From the NCBI GenBank assembly GCA_018401135.1, contig JAGYLL010000002.1:1-45421 (forward strand): a stretch of DNA of 45,421 nucleotides. Direction: 5' to 3'. The notes under the pieces are model-generated. The model made no database searches. It was given only the letters and a program-made list of their open reading frames with translations, and had not been told where the DNA came from. This document shows positions 34,368-42,304 of the stretch, in pieces. Each line of letters opens with the position of its first letter. Position 1 is the first letter of the stretch. This DNA is from Candidatus Moraniibacteriota bacterium. GTDB taxonomy: Bacteria > Patescibacteriota > Minisyncoccia > Moranbacterales > GCA-2747515. The position numbers and the translations under genes were made by a program.

Positions 34368-36014
34368 ATGGAAGAAAATGGAACGGTAATGACAGCTAAG
34401 ATTCCTCGCATTGATTCTATTGACACAAACTCTATCAATAGAAGTGTTTTACATATTATCCCTGAGGAAACAGTAAGGAAATATCGATTAGCACCTTTTG
34501 CAAAAGAAGAAAGTGTTGTTAAGGTTGCTATGGAGGATCCTCATGATATTCAGGCTTTGAATGTCTTACGTTTTTTGGCAAGAAAAGAAAATGTTGAATT
34601 TGATGTTTTTGTTGCTGAAAAGAGCTTGCTGGATTCCCTTTTGAAAATGTATGACTCTACAGAAGAAATCCTTAAAGATGTTGTAGATACATTCAAAGAA
34701 GAAAAAGAAAATATAGAGAGCCAAGAACAAGAAAAAAAATCAAATACTCTCTCTGAAATAACTAGTATTCAAAATGCTCCCGTTGCAAAATTAGTAGATG
34801 TTATTAGTAAACATGCTATAGATGGAAAAGCAAGTGATATCCATATTGAGCCTATAGATGATGAATACAGAGTCCGCTTTCGAGTAGATGGCATACTTCA
34901 TTCCTCTCTTAGTCTTCCCAAAGACGTTGGAAAAGCTGTGGTGGCTCGTATTAAAATTCTTTCTAATCTCAAAATTGATGAAAAACGAAAACCTCAAGAC
35001 GGACGTTTTCGTATGGAAAGTGATACGAGAAGAATTGATTTTCGAGTTTCAACCTTACCTGTTTTGGAAGGGGAAAAGGTAGTGCTTCGAGTTCTTGATA
35101 AAAATAGTGGATTGGGGGATATGAAATCGCTTGGCCTTATGGGAAGAAATTTTCGCATATTTAATAAGCGTATCTATGATCCCTATGGAATTATTCTTAT
35201 CACGGGACCAACGGGGTCGGGTAAATCAACAACGCTTTATGCTTTCCTCAAAGCACTTAATAAAGTTACTACTAATATTATTACCCTTGAAGATCCAGTG
35301 GAATACTATCTCGATGGGATTAATCAGAGTCAAGTTCGACCTGAAATAGGATATACCTTTGCTTCAGGACTCCGTTCTATTTTGAGGCAAGATCCTAATG
35401 TTATTATGGTTGGAGAAATTCGAGATTCTGAAACAGCAGAACTTTCTATTCACGCTGCTCTTACAGGACACCTTGTTTTTTCAACGCTTCATACCAATAC
35501 GGCAATTGGAGCTATTCCTCGTCTTATTGATATGGGACTCGAAGGATTTCTCCTCGCATCTTCTCTCAAAGTTGTTGCAGCACAACGCTTGGTTCGTAGA
35601 GTGTGTGAAAAATGTAAGGGAGAAGAACACATACCCAAAGATATGCAAGAAAATATTCGAAAGAAACTTTCGCTTTTAGAAGAAGAGGATCTTAAACAAT
35701 ATGGAGTAGATATACAAAAACCTCTTGTTTTTTATAAAGGAAAAGGATGTGAACATTGTGGGGGATCTGGATATAAAGGACGTCTAGCTATTTATGAGGT
35801 TTTGGAAGTTGATGATGTTATCTCTTCTTTGATGGTTAAACAGCATGTTTCCGATGTAGAGATTGAAAAACAAGCTATTGCACAAGGTATGATGTTTATG
35901 AAACAAGATGGCTTTTTGAAAGCTTTACAAGGACAAACAACCCTCGCTGAAATTGAGCGTGTTACTGAAGGAAAAGCTTCAATTGGAGGGGATATGGATG
36001 ATGATGCTGGGTGA
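34368..36014 (+). CDS. pilB: Type IV pilus extension ATPase PilB (GspE family)
   Basis: T2SSE_N domain, Walker A GPTGSGKSTT, Asp/His boxes and the tetracysteine CEKC...CEHC. An in-frame ATG at 34389 is an alternative start. Confidence 0.9.
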   Translation: MEENGTVMTAKIPRIDSIDTNSINRSVLHIIPEETVRKYRLAPFAKEESVVKVAMEDPHDIQALNVLRFLARKENVEFDVFVAEKSLLDSLLKMYDSTEEILKDVVDTFKEEKENIESQEQEKKSNTLSEITSIQNAPVAKLVDVISKHAIDGKASDIHIEPIDDEYRVRFRVDGILHSSLSLPKDVGKAVVARIKILSNLKIDEKRKPQDGRFRMESDTRRIDFRVSTLPVLEGEKVVLRVLDKNSGLGDMKSLGLMGRNFRIFNKRIYDPYGIILITGPTGSGKSTTLYAFLKALNKVTTNIITLEDPVEYYLDGINQSQVRPEIGYTFASGLRSILRQDPNVIMVGEIRDSETAELSIHAALTGHLVFSTLHTNTAIGAIPRLIDMGLEGFLLASSLKVVAAQRLVRRVCEKCKGEEHIPKDMQENIRKKLSLLEEEDLKQYGVDIQKPLVFYKGKGCEHCGGSGYKGRLAIYEVLEVDDVISSLMVKQHVSDVEIEKQAIAQGMMFMKQDGFLKALQGQTTLAEIERVTEGKASIGGDMDDDAG

Positions 36015-36016
36015 TA

Positions 36017-36045
36017 TAGATAGGAATTTTTTTCTATGATATACT
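36017..36045 (+). promoter_or_regulatory. Candidate promoter TAGATA-N17-TGaTATACT
   Basis: The extended -10 is at 36037-36045, between pilB and the receiver gene. Confidence 0.35.
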
Positions 36046-36073
36046 GAAGTAAGAAAGAGAATATAAGAGTAGC

Positions 36074-36502
36074 GTGCTAAAATTTTCTAAAGATAAACGT
36101 AAACATATGAGTGACGCTCTAGTGGGGAAAAAGGTTCTTCTTGTAGAAGATGATGTTTTTGTAAGTGATGTCTATTCTACACGTCTTTCTCGTGAGGGTT
36201 ATCAAGTTTTTCTGATGAGTAATGGTCGTGATGCTGTGAGTTGGTTAGAAACAAATATCCCTGACATTGTTTTACTTGACATTATGATGCCGTATATGGA
36301 TGGTATAGAGGTTCTCAAAGAATTTCGTCAAAAAGATGTGTGTAAAGATGTTCCTGTAATTATGCTTACCAATCTTTCAGAAAAAGAAAATATTCGTGAA
36401 GCTCTTTCTCTTGGAGCTAACGATTACCTTATCAAATCACATTTTACTCCTTCGGAGATTGTAAATAAAGTAAATGTTTTTTTTCAGCCATCTACAGAGT
36501 AA
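36074..36502 (+). CDS. Single-domain response regulator (REC only, CheY/PilH-like)
   Basis: VLLVEDD acidic pocket, phosphoacceptor context DIVLLDIMMPYMDG, MLTN and a conserved K in DYLIKS. No output domain. The ATG at 36110 is an alternative start. Confidence 0.85.
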   Translation: MLKFSKDKRKHMSDALVGKKVLLVEDDVFVSDVYSTRLSREGYQVFLMSNGRDAVSWLETNIPDIVLLDIMMPYMDGIEVLKEFRQKDVCKDVPVIMLTNLSEKENIREALSLGANDYLIKSHFTPSEIVNKVNVFFQPSTE

Positions 36503-36538
36503 AGAAATTGTAAGAGTAAATAGTAAACGTATATTCAC

Positions 36539-37615
36539 ATGGATCGCCTTCATATAGAACAAAAAATTAAAAGTCTTCTTCGACTTGTTCCTCAACAGGG
36601 AGCTTCAGATCTTCATCTCGTTGTTGGACGACATCCAACACTTCGTGTAGATGGAAAGCTGTATCCCATAACGCAAGAAGCAATGCTTCAAGATGAGGAT
36701 GTAAAATCTTTTGCCTCCATCCTTCTTAATGAACAAAATAAAAAAATACTTATTGATGATGGACAGGTTGATTTTTCGTATGATTTCGAAGGAAGAGTGC
36801 GTTTTCGTGTAAACATTTTTTATCAACAAGGATTTACGAGTATCGCTATGCGACTTATTACTCGTGATATACGAACTTTAGAAGATCTCCATATTCCCAA
36901 AATGCTCTATGATGTGACGAAATATTCACAGGGACTTGTTCTTATTACTGGTCCTGTAGGACATGGAAAATCTACGACGCTTGCATCTCTTATCGATTTC
37001 ATAAATCATAATGAGGATAAAAATATTATTACTATAGAAGATCCTATAGAATATATTTATCAGCAAGATCGCTGTATTATTTCTCAAAGAGAAGTTGGTC
37101 AAGATACCGAAAGTTTTCAAAAAGCACTTTACGCTGTTTTTCGAGAAGATGCCAACGTTGTTTTATTGGGAGAACTTCGAGATTATGCCACAATTGCAAC
37201 AGCAATGACGGCTGCAGAAACAGGACATCTTATTTTTGCTACCCTTCATACCAATGACAGTGCTCAAACTATCGATCGTATTATCGATGTTTTTCCAGCG
37301 CATCAGCAAAATCAAATACGATCTCAACTAGCGAGTGTCCTTATCGCGGTTGTTTCTCAGAGACTTGTTCCTCGTATAGATGGGGGAAGGGTTCCCGCTA
37401 TAGAGGTAATGTTTAAAAATAATGCTATTGAAAATCTTATTCGTGAAAATAAGGCTTTTCAGATAGATAATGTTATCGAAACGAATTTGAGTCAGGGAAT
37501 GATTTCATTGGATAAATCTTTATCTCTTCTCGTTCAACAAGGACTTATTTCTACTGAAAACGCTTTTCGTTATGCGAAAAATAAAGATTATTTCAAAATG
37601 CTGATCAAAAGATAA
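36539..37615 (+). CDS. pilT: Type IV pilus retraction ATPase PilT
   Basis: 358 aa with ASDLHL, Walker A GPVGHGKSTT, the GHLIFATLHTN His box and the AIENLIRE motif. Confidence 0.9.
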   Translation: MDRLHIEQKIKSLLRLVPQQGASDLHLVVGRHPTLRVDGKLYPITQEAMLQDEDVKSFASILLNEQNKKILIDDGQVDFSYDFEGRVRFRVNIFYQQGFTSIAMRLITRDIRTLEDLHIPKMLYDVTKYSQGLVLITGPVGHGKSTTLASLIDFINHNEDKNIITIEDPIEYIYQQDRCIISQREVGQDTESFQKALYAVFREDANVVLLGELRDYATIATAMTAAETGHLIFATLHTNDSAQTIDRIIDVFPAHQQNQIRSQLASVLIAVVSQRLVPRIDGGRVPAIEVMFKNNAIENLIRENKAFQIDNVIETNLSQGMISLDKSLSLLVQQGLISTENAFRYAKNKDYFKMLIKR

Positions 37616-37637
37616 TTTAAATACTAAAAGTTTGTGT

Positions 37638-38855
37638 ATGAAATATCGTTTCGTAGCAAAAGATGCTCAAGGAAGAACAAAAACAGGTGTAGTAAGTGCG
37701 GGTGACTCGCAAGGAGCTCTTAGGCTTCTTCAAGATAAATCATTGATAATAGTTTCCATCGAGCGAGCTGATCGCAATAAGACACTAGAGGAATTGAGTT
37801 ATCTTTGGGAAGGGGTAAGTACGGTAGATCTCGTGATGATGTTTCGACAACTGGTAACCTTGATCGGAGCGAAAGTCCCCATCCTCACTTCTTTTCGTGT
37901 TATACAAAAGCAAATTACGAACAAGCATCTTCTTCGTGTTTTACAAGAAGTCGGGGATGATATAGAAGACGGAACCTCTCTCTATGAAAGTATGTCTCGT
38001 CATCCACGAGTATTCACTCCTTTGATGGTAAGTATGGTTCGCTCAGGTGAAGTCTCAGGACACCTTCATGAATCACTCGAATACATCGCCAGTAATCTCG
38101 AGAAAAATTATGCACTTACCTCTAAAATAAAAGGAGCTTTAATGTATCCAGGATTCATCCTTTCCGCTGCGCTTGTTGTAGGATTTTTGGTTATTACCTT
38201 TATCCTTCCTAATCTCACACAGATTATTAAGGATATGAATGTTGTAACGCCTTGGTATACACAGCTCCTTATGAATATAGGAGACTTTATGAAAAGCTAT
38301 TGGTGGCTGGCTCTTGCAATTTTTGCCTCGGTAGTTGGATTTGCGTTTTATTATATTCATACGCCCGTAGGAAAAAGAGAATGGGATAAAACACAGCTTA
38401 AAATTCCTGTTATCGGAAATCTTTTGAGCTATATGTATATTTCTCGTTTTTCTGATAATTTTTCAACGCTTCTTTCGGGAGGTATCCCTGTGGTGACCTC
38501 TCTCCAAATTGTGGCAAGTGTTGTGGGAAATAGTGAATTTGAAAGGGTGCTTCTTGAGGCATCAGATGAAGCCAAAAAAGGAGGTACGATTAGCTCAGTT
38601 TTTCGTCGTTCAGAAATTTTCCCCCCTATTGTGACGCAGATGATCGAGATCGGAGAAGAGACGGGGGAGACGGAAGAAACGCTCAAAAGCGTTACAAGTT
38701 TCTATGATCAACAAACCGATGCCCTTGCGAGAAATCTTACGACTCTTATAGAACCATTCCTTATCGTCGTTTTGGGTATAGGTGTGGCTATTATGGTAGT
38801 GGGAATACTCCTCCCGATATACAATATTTCTTCTACGGCTATAAGTGGAACATAG
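37638..38855 (+). CDS. pilC: Type IV pilus platform protein PilC (GspF family)
   Basis: Two T2SSF repeats with three TM helices, about 405 aa. Confidence 0.9.
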   Translation: MKYRFVAKDAQGRTKTGVVSAGDSQGALRLLQDKSLIIVSIERADRNKTLEELSYLWEGVSTVDLVMMFRQLVTLIGAKVPILTSFRVIQKQITNKHLLRVLQEVGDDIEDGTSLYESMSRHPRVFTPLMVSMVRSGEVSGHLHESLEYIASNLEKNYALTSKIKGALMYPGFILSAALVVGFLVITFILPNLTQIIKDMNVVTPWYTQLLMNIGDFMKSYWWLALAIFASVVGFAFYYIHTPVGKREWDKTQLKIPVIGNLLSYMYISRFSDNFSTLLSGGIPVVTSLQIVASVVGNSEFERVLLEASDEAKKGGTISSVFRRSEIFPPIVTQMIEIGEETGETEETLKSVTSFYDQQTDALARNLTTLIEPFLIVVLGIGVAIMVVGILLPIYNISSTAISGT

Positions 38856-38906
38856 GAAGAGAGAATGCTCAATATACTAAAATATAAAAAAAGAAAGGAG
38901 GTACAT

Positions 38907-39275
38907 ATGGCAAAAACAACAAAAAAAGGATTTACGCTTATCGAACTTCTTATCGTTATCGCTATTATTGGAATTTTGGCATCTATTGTTTTGGTAAGTT
39001 TGAGCAGTGCGAGAGAAAGAGCTCGAGTAGCAGAATTTAAATCTCAAGTTTCGAGTATCGTGAGTGCAACAACGATGGAATGTGATGATGGTTTTTTTGA
39101 TGGGGATTCTACTACGGTTGATGGACAGACACTTCCTTCTGGATTAGAGCTTATTACTTTGCCAGATTGTTCCTTTGGTTGGGTCGCTACTGTAGCTACA
39201 GATACAAATCGCATACCACCAGATGGATGTCCAACATCATTTCAAACCGAGGGAGTAATTGCTTGGGGATGTTAA
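38907..39275 (+). CDS. Type IV pilin (class III signal peptide), paralog 1
   Basis: SD AAAGGAGG. The prepilin motif is KKG|[21 protein letters not shown], and 4 Cys lie in the C-terminal globular part. Confidence 0.9.
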   Translation: MAKTTKKGFTLIELLIVIAIIGILASIVLVSLSSARERARVAEFKSQVSSIVSATTMECDDGFFDGDSTTVDGQTLPSGLELITLPDCSFGWVATVATDTNRIPPDGCPTSFQTEGVIAWGC

Positions 39276-39312
39276 GAAAAAGTAAAAACTAAAAAGAAGG
39301 GAGGTGATATTT

Positions 39313-39693
39313 ATGAAAAAAACAACAAAAAAAGGATTTACGCTTATCGAACTTCTCATCGTTATCGCTATTATCGGAATTTTGGCATCTATCGTATTGG
39401 TAAGTTTGAGTAGTGCTAGAGAAAAGGCAAAGAAAGCACAATTTCATGCTCATGTTAGTAGTTCTGTTGCAAGATTAATTTTATTGTGTGACGGTGTAAA
39501 CACAGCTAATGTAACGAGCGCTACACTTGGCTTGGATACAAATATCGCAAATGCTACAACAGTAGCAGCTTACAACTGTAATGCTTCTGCGCAAACTGTT
39601 ACTGTCACCCCAGCAGCAGCTTTGGGTACTTTACCTGGATGTACTAGCGTTACAATTGCTCAAGAAGGAATGAATAAAACAAACTGTCCTTAG
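39313..39693 (+). CDS. Type IV pilin (class III signal peptide), paralog 2
   Basis: SD GGGAGG and the same KKG|[22 protein letters not shown]-terminus. The C-terminus is unrelated and also has 4 Cys. Confidence 0.9.
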   Translation: MKKTTKKGFTLIELLIVIAIIGILASIVLVSLSSAREKAKKAQFHAHVSSSVARLILLCDGVNTANVTSATLGLDTNIANATTVAAYNCNASAQTVTVTPAAALGTLPGCTSVTIAQEGMNKTNCP

Positions 39694-39710
39694 TTTTTCC
39701 TTGGTTTTTT

Positions 39711-39737
39711 TCCTTGCTGAAACAATTTCGGCAAGGA
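39711..39737 (+). promoter_or_regulatory. Stable hairpin between the pilin genes and pilD (possible partial terminator or processing site)
   Basis: The 12-bp stem TCCTTGCTGAAA / TTTCGGCAAGGA has one G:U pair and a 3-nt loop. No U-tract follows it. A second GCAAGG at 39755-39760 offers an alternative pairing partner. Confidence 0.4.
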
Positions 39738-39786
39738 GAGGGAATGCAGGAAATTGCAAGGGGATGATTAGTAGAGAATATATACA

Positions 39787-40590
39787 ATGAACATTTTTCT
39801 TTTCCTATTTTTTTTCTTTGGACTTCTTATCGGAAGTTTTCTTAATGTTGTTTTGGCTCGGCTTCGTACAGAAGAGACGCTTTTGGGGCGATCGTATTGT
39901 CGGAGCTGTCGTAAATATATAGTATGGTACGATAATATTCCGCTCATAAGTTTTTTGATCCTCGGCGGGAAATGTCGACACTGCCACGAACCTATTTCAT
40001 CCAGATATTTTTGTGTCGAAATAGCAACAGCGATGCTGTTTACGCTCGTTGGGTGGAAGTTTTTTGAAATCACGTCTCTTGTTTCTTGGATAGAAACGGC
40101 GATGTATTTGAGTGTTTTCTCTCTCGCACTTGTGATCGCTCTGTATGATAGCAAGTATTTTGAAATTCCTATGCGTTTGATGTGGGCGATGATAGTAGTT
40201 ATTATTCTCTTTTTTCTCTTTCTCGATGCTAGAGTATTTACTTCGGTTTCTTCTGTGTGGGATTTGCGTTTGTATATGGGGATTGTTTCTGGAATTGTGG
40301 CATTTGAATTTTTTTGGCTTTTGAGTTTTGTTTCTCGGGAGCGTTGGATGGGATATGGAGATGCGTATGTCGCTTTTGCTTTGGGACTTCTTTTGGGAAC
40401 AGGAGCATTTACCGCAATTATTTTGGCATTTGTTCTCGGTGCGCTGTATGGTATTTCGCAGATGTTTTTGGGGAAGAAAAAGCTTTCTTCTCAGGTTCCT
40501 TTCGCACCCTTTCTTTTTGGAGGAATGGCTCTATTCTTGCTTTTTTCTGACATAGTGTGCCATTTTTCGTGGTTTGTTGCGTGTTGGTAA
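39787..40590 (+). CDS. pilD: Prepilin peptidase (A24 family) PilD
   Basis: N-terminal zinc motif CRSC...CRHC, catalytic Asp contexts (GYGDAYV), a polytopic membrane protein. Confidence 0.9.
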   Translation: MNIFLFLFFFFGLLIGSFLNVVLARLRTEETLLGRSYCRSCRKYIVWYDNIPLISFLILGGKCRHCHEPISSRYFCVEIATAMLFTLVGWKFFEITSLVSWIETAMYLSVFSLALVIALYDSKYFEIPMRLMWAMIVVIILFFLFLDARVFTSVSSVWDLRLYMGIVSGIVAFEFFWLLSFVSRERWMGYGDAYVAFALGLLLGTGAFTAIILAFVLGALYGISQMFLGKKKLSSQVPFAPFLFGGMALFLLFSDIVCHFSWFVACW

Positions 40591-40613
40591 TAAGGTATGA
40601 TATACTTAAACAT

Positions 40614-41150
40614 ATGATACAAAGAAAACAAAAATATACGGGCTTTACGCTTATTGAAGTGATGGCGGTTATTGGTATTATTTCTATAATGACATCAATT
40701 CTTTTTGTTTCTTTTGATGGTCCGAAAAAACAAACGTATCTCGATAATGCTCAGCGTCAATTGATTACGGATTTGCGTTTTCTCCAAAAATCTACTCTCA
40801 GTGGAACCGTGCCTTCGGGAATATCAGGCTCTGTTTGTGGACATGGACTACATCGTACGAGTGATACTCAATATCAGTTTTTTGTTATTACGAAAGCAGA
40901 TGCTGGGGGAGATTGTACAAGCACCACTTATTCTAAAACCTCGACAACAGGCACTCTCTATGGCGAAGTGAAAACCTTTGAAAAAGGAGTGGATTTCGGA
41001 AATCCTCAAGATCTCTATTTCGAAGTTCCTCATGGCAAAGTGTATTCCAATGGTGTAGAGGGAAACATCTCTTATACATTAGAGTTAGATGGAGAAAGTC
41101 TTCAGGTCTGTGTTCCTTCTTCTGGAAATATTACAGAGGGTGGTTGTTAA
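40614..41150 (+). CDS. Minor pilin / pseudopilin (prepilin-type N-terminal cleavage motif)
   Basis: YTG|FTLIEVMAVIGIISIMTSILFV. The ATG at 40614 is preferred, because the longer ORF overlaps the pilD 3' end. Confidence 0.8.
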   Translation: MIQRKQKYTGFTLIEVMAVIGIISIMTSILFVSFDGPKKQTYLDNAQRQLITDLRFLQKSTLSGTVPSGISGSVCGHGLHRTSDTQYQFFVITKADAGGDCTSTTYSKTSTTGTLYGEVKTFEKGVDFGNPQDLYFEVPHGKVYSNGVEGNISYTLELDGESLQVCVPSSGNITEGGC

Positions 41151-41162
41151 TATTTATTACGT

Positions 41163-41699
41163 ATGAATCGATATCACAAAAAACAAAAGATGCAAGGATT
41201 TTCTCTTATGGAGGTTGTCGTGGCTATAGCTGTTTTGGGCATTGGATTTCTCGGTGTTATGAATTTGTACTCGGGGAGTATTATGAGAAACGCTTCTCTC
41301 AGAGATCAAACGACAGCAATATCTCTGGCACAAGAAGGTGTGGAGTTGGTTCGAGAGTTTGCTGAGAGTAATTTGGGGAATTTAAATGATGCTAATAATT
41401 ATAGAGTTCATATTGATGCGACAAATTCTATAGAATTAGCCACTTCTTCCGATTATAAACTCTATTATTCAACATCCGTTATTGGAGATATCGGGAGATT
41501 TTCCCATACATCTGGGGGGGTAGACACAGGATTTTTGAGGAAAATAATTATAGCAAAGATAGATCTTGATGGCATCGGTGATCTGGATGCAAAAGTAACG
41601 TCTATGGTAGTGTGGAAGAGTACAACTTTCCCTTCAGAAGCTGACTGCTCCTTGTCGACCAATTGTATGATGGCAACGATGGATTTGATAGCTCAATAA
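41163..41699 (+). CDS. Minor pilin / pseudopilin
   Basis: MQG|FSLMEVVVAIAVLGIGFLGV class III signal peptide. Confidence 0.8.
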   Translation: MNRYHKKQKMQGFSLMEVVVAIAVLGIGFLGVMNLYSGSIMRNASLRDQTTAISLAQEGVELVREFAESNLGNLNDANNYRVHIDATNSIELATSSDYKLYYSTSVIGDIGRFSHTSGGVDTGFLRKIIIAKIDLDGIGDLDAKVTSMVVWKSTTFPSEADCSLSTNCMMATMDLIAQ

Positions 41700-41712
41700 T
41701 ACTTTCAAAACT

Positions 41713-42294
41713 ATGATACAAAAATTTTTTGCAAAACGACGAGGGTCTCTTGCTAGGTCTTCTCGAAAAGGACTTTCTCTTCTCGAGGTTATCGTGGCTA
41801 TAGCTGTGTTTACTATCATTATGATTGCTACGGTAGAGGTATTTTCTTCTATGATCAAGACAAAAGCCGAAGCTGATCGTATGCGGGAAAGTCATCAAAA
41901 AGCTCAAGTCGCTATCGAGACGATTACCAAATCTATTCGAAGTGGTGTTGTGGTTAGTCCTGCCTCTAGTGTCCCAATCACAAATGATAGTGATACTATT
42001 CGTATTTATGATTATTCTCAATTGCAGTGTATAGAATATAGCTTTTCAAGCGATGCTTTGCAAAAGAAATTTGTGATAATGGATTACGATGATCGTGCTG
42101 ATTGTTCGGGATCACCATCTTTTTCTGGTTTGCAAACTATGGTCGACGCTACTACAAAAGGAACTTTTGATATATCGTGGGAGACTGACAATAAGTACGT
42201 AACGATTGCACTTCTCCTTATTGCACCAAATCTTTCAGAAACAACCAATCAAACACGCGTTCAGACAACGGTTTCTATGAGAAATCTCAAATAA
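41713..42294 (+). CDS. Minor pilin / pseudopilin
   Basis: RKG|LSLLEVIVAIAVFTIIMIATVEVF class III signal peptide. Confidence 0.75.
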   Translation: MIQKFFAKRRGSLARSSRKGLSLLEVIVAIAVFTIIMIATVEVFSSMIKTKAEADRMRESHQKAQVAIETITKSIRSGVVVSPASSVPITNDSDTIRIYDYSQLQCIEYSFSSDALQKKFVIMDYDDRADCSGSPSFSGLQTMVDATTKGTFDISWETDNKYVTIALLLIAPNLSETTNQTRVQTTVSMRNLK

Positions 42295-42304
42295 AAAGAT
42301 TGCT

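Noticed and set aside
40314-40555. Alternative-frame ORFs inside pilD (40314..40550 and 40328..40555)
   Set aside because: They lie fully within the well-supported prepilin peptidase frame and have no independent signals.
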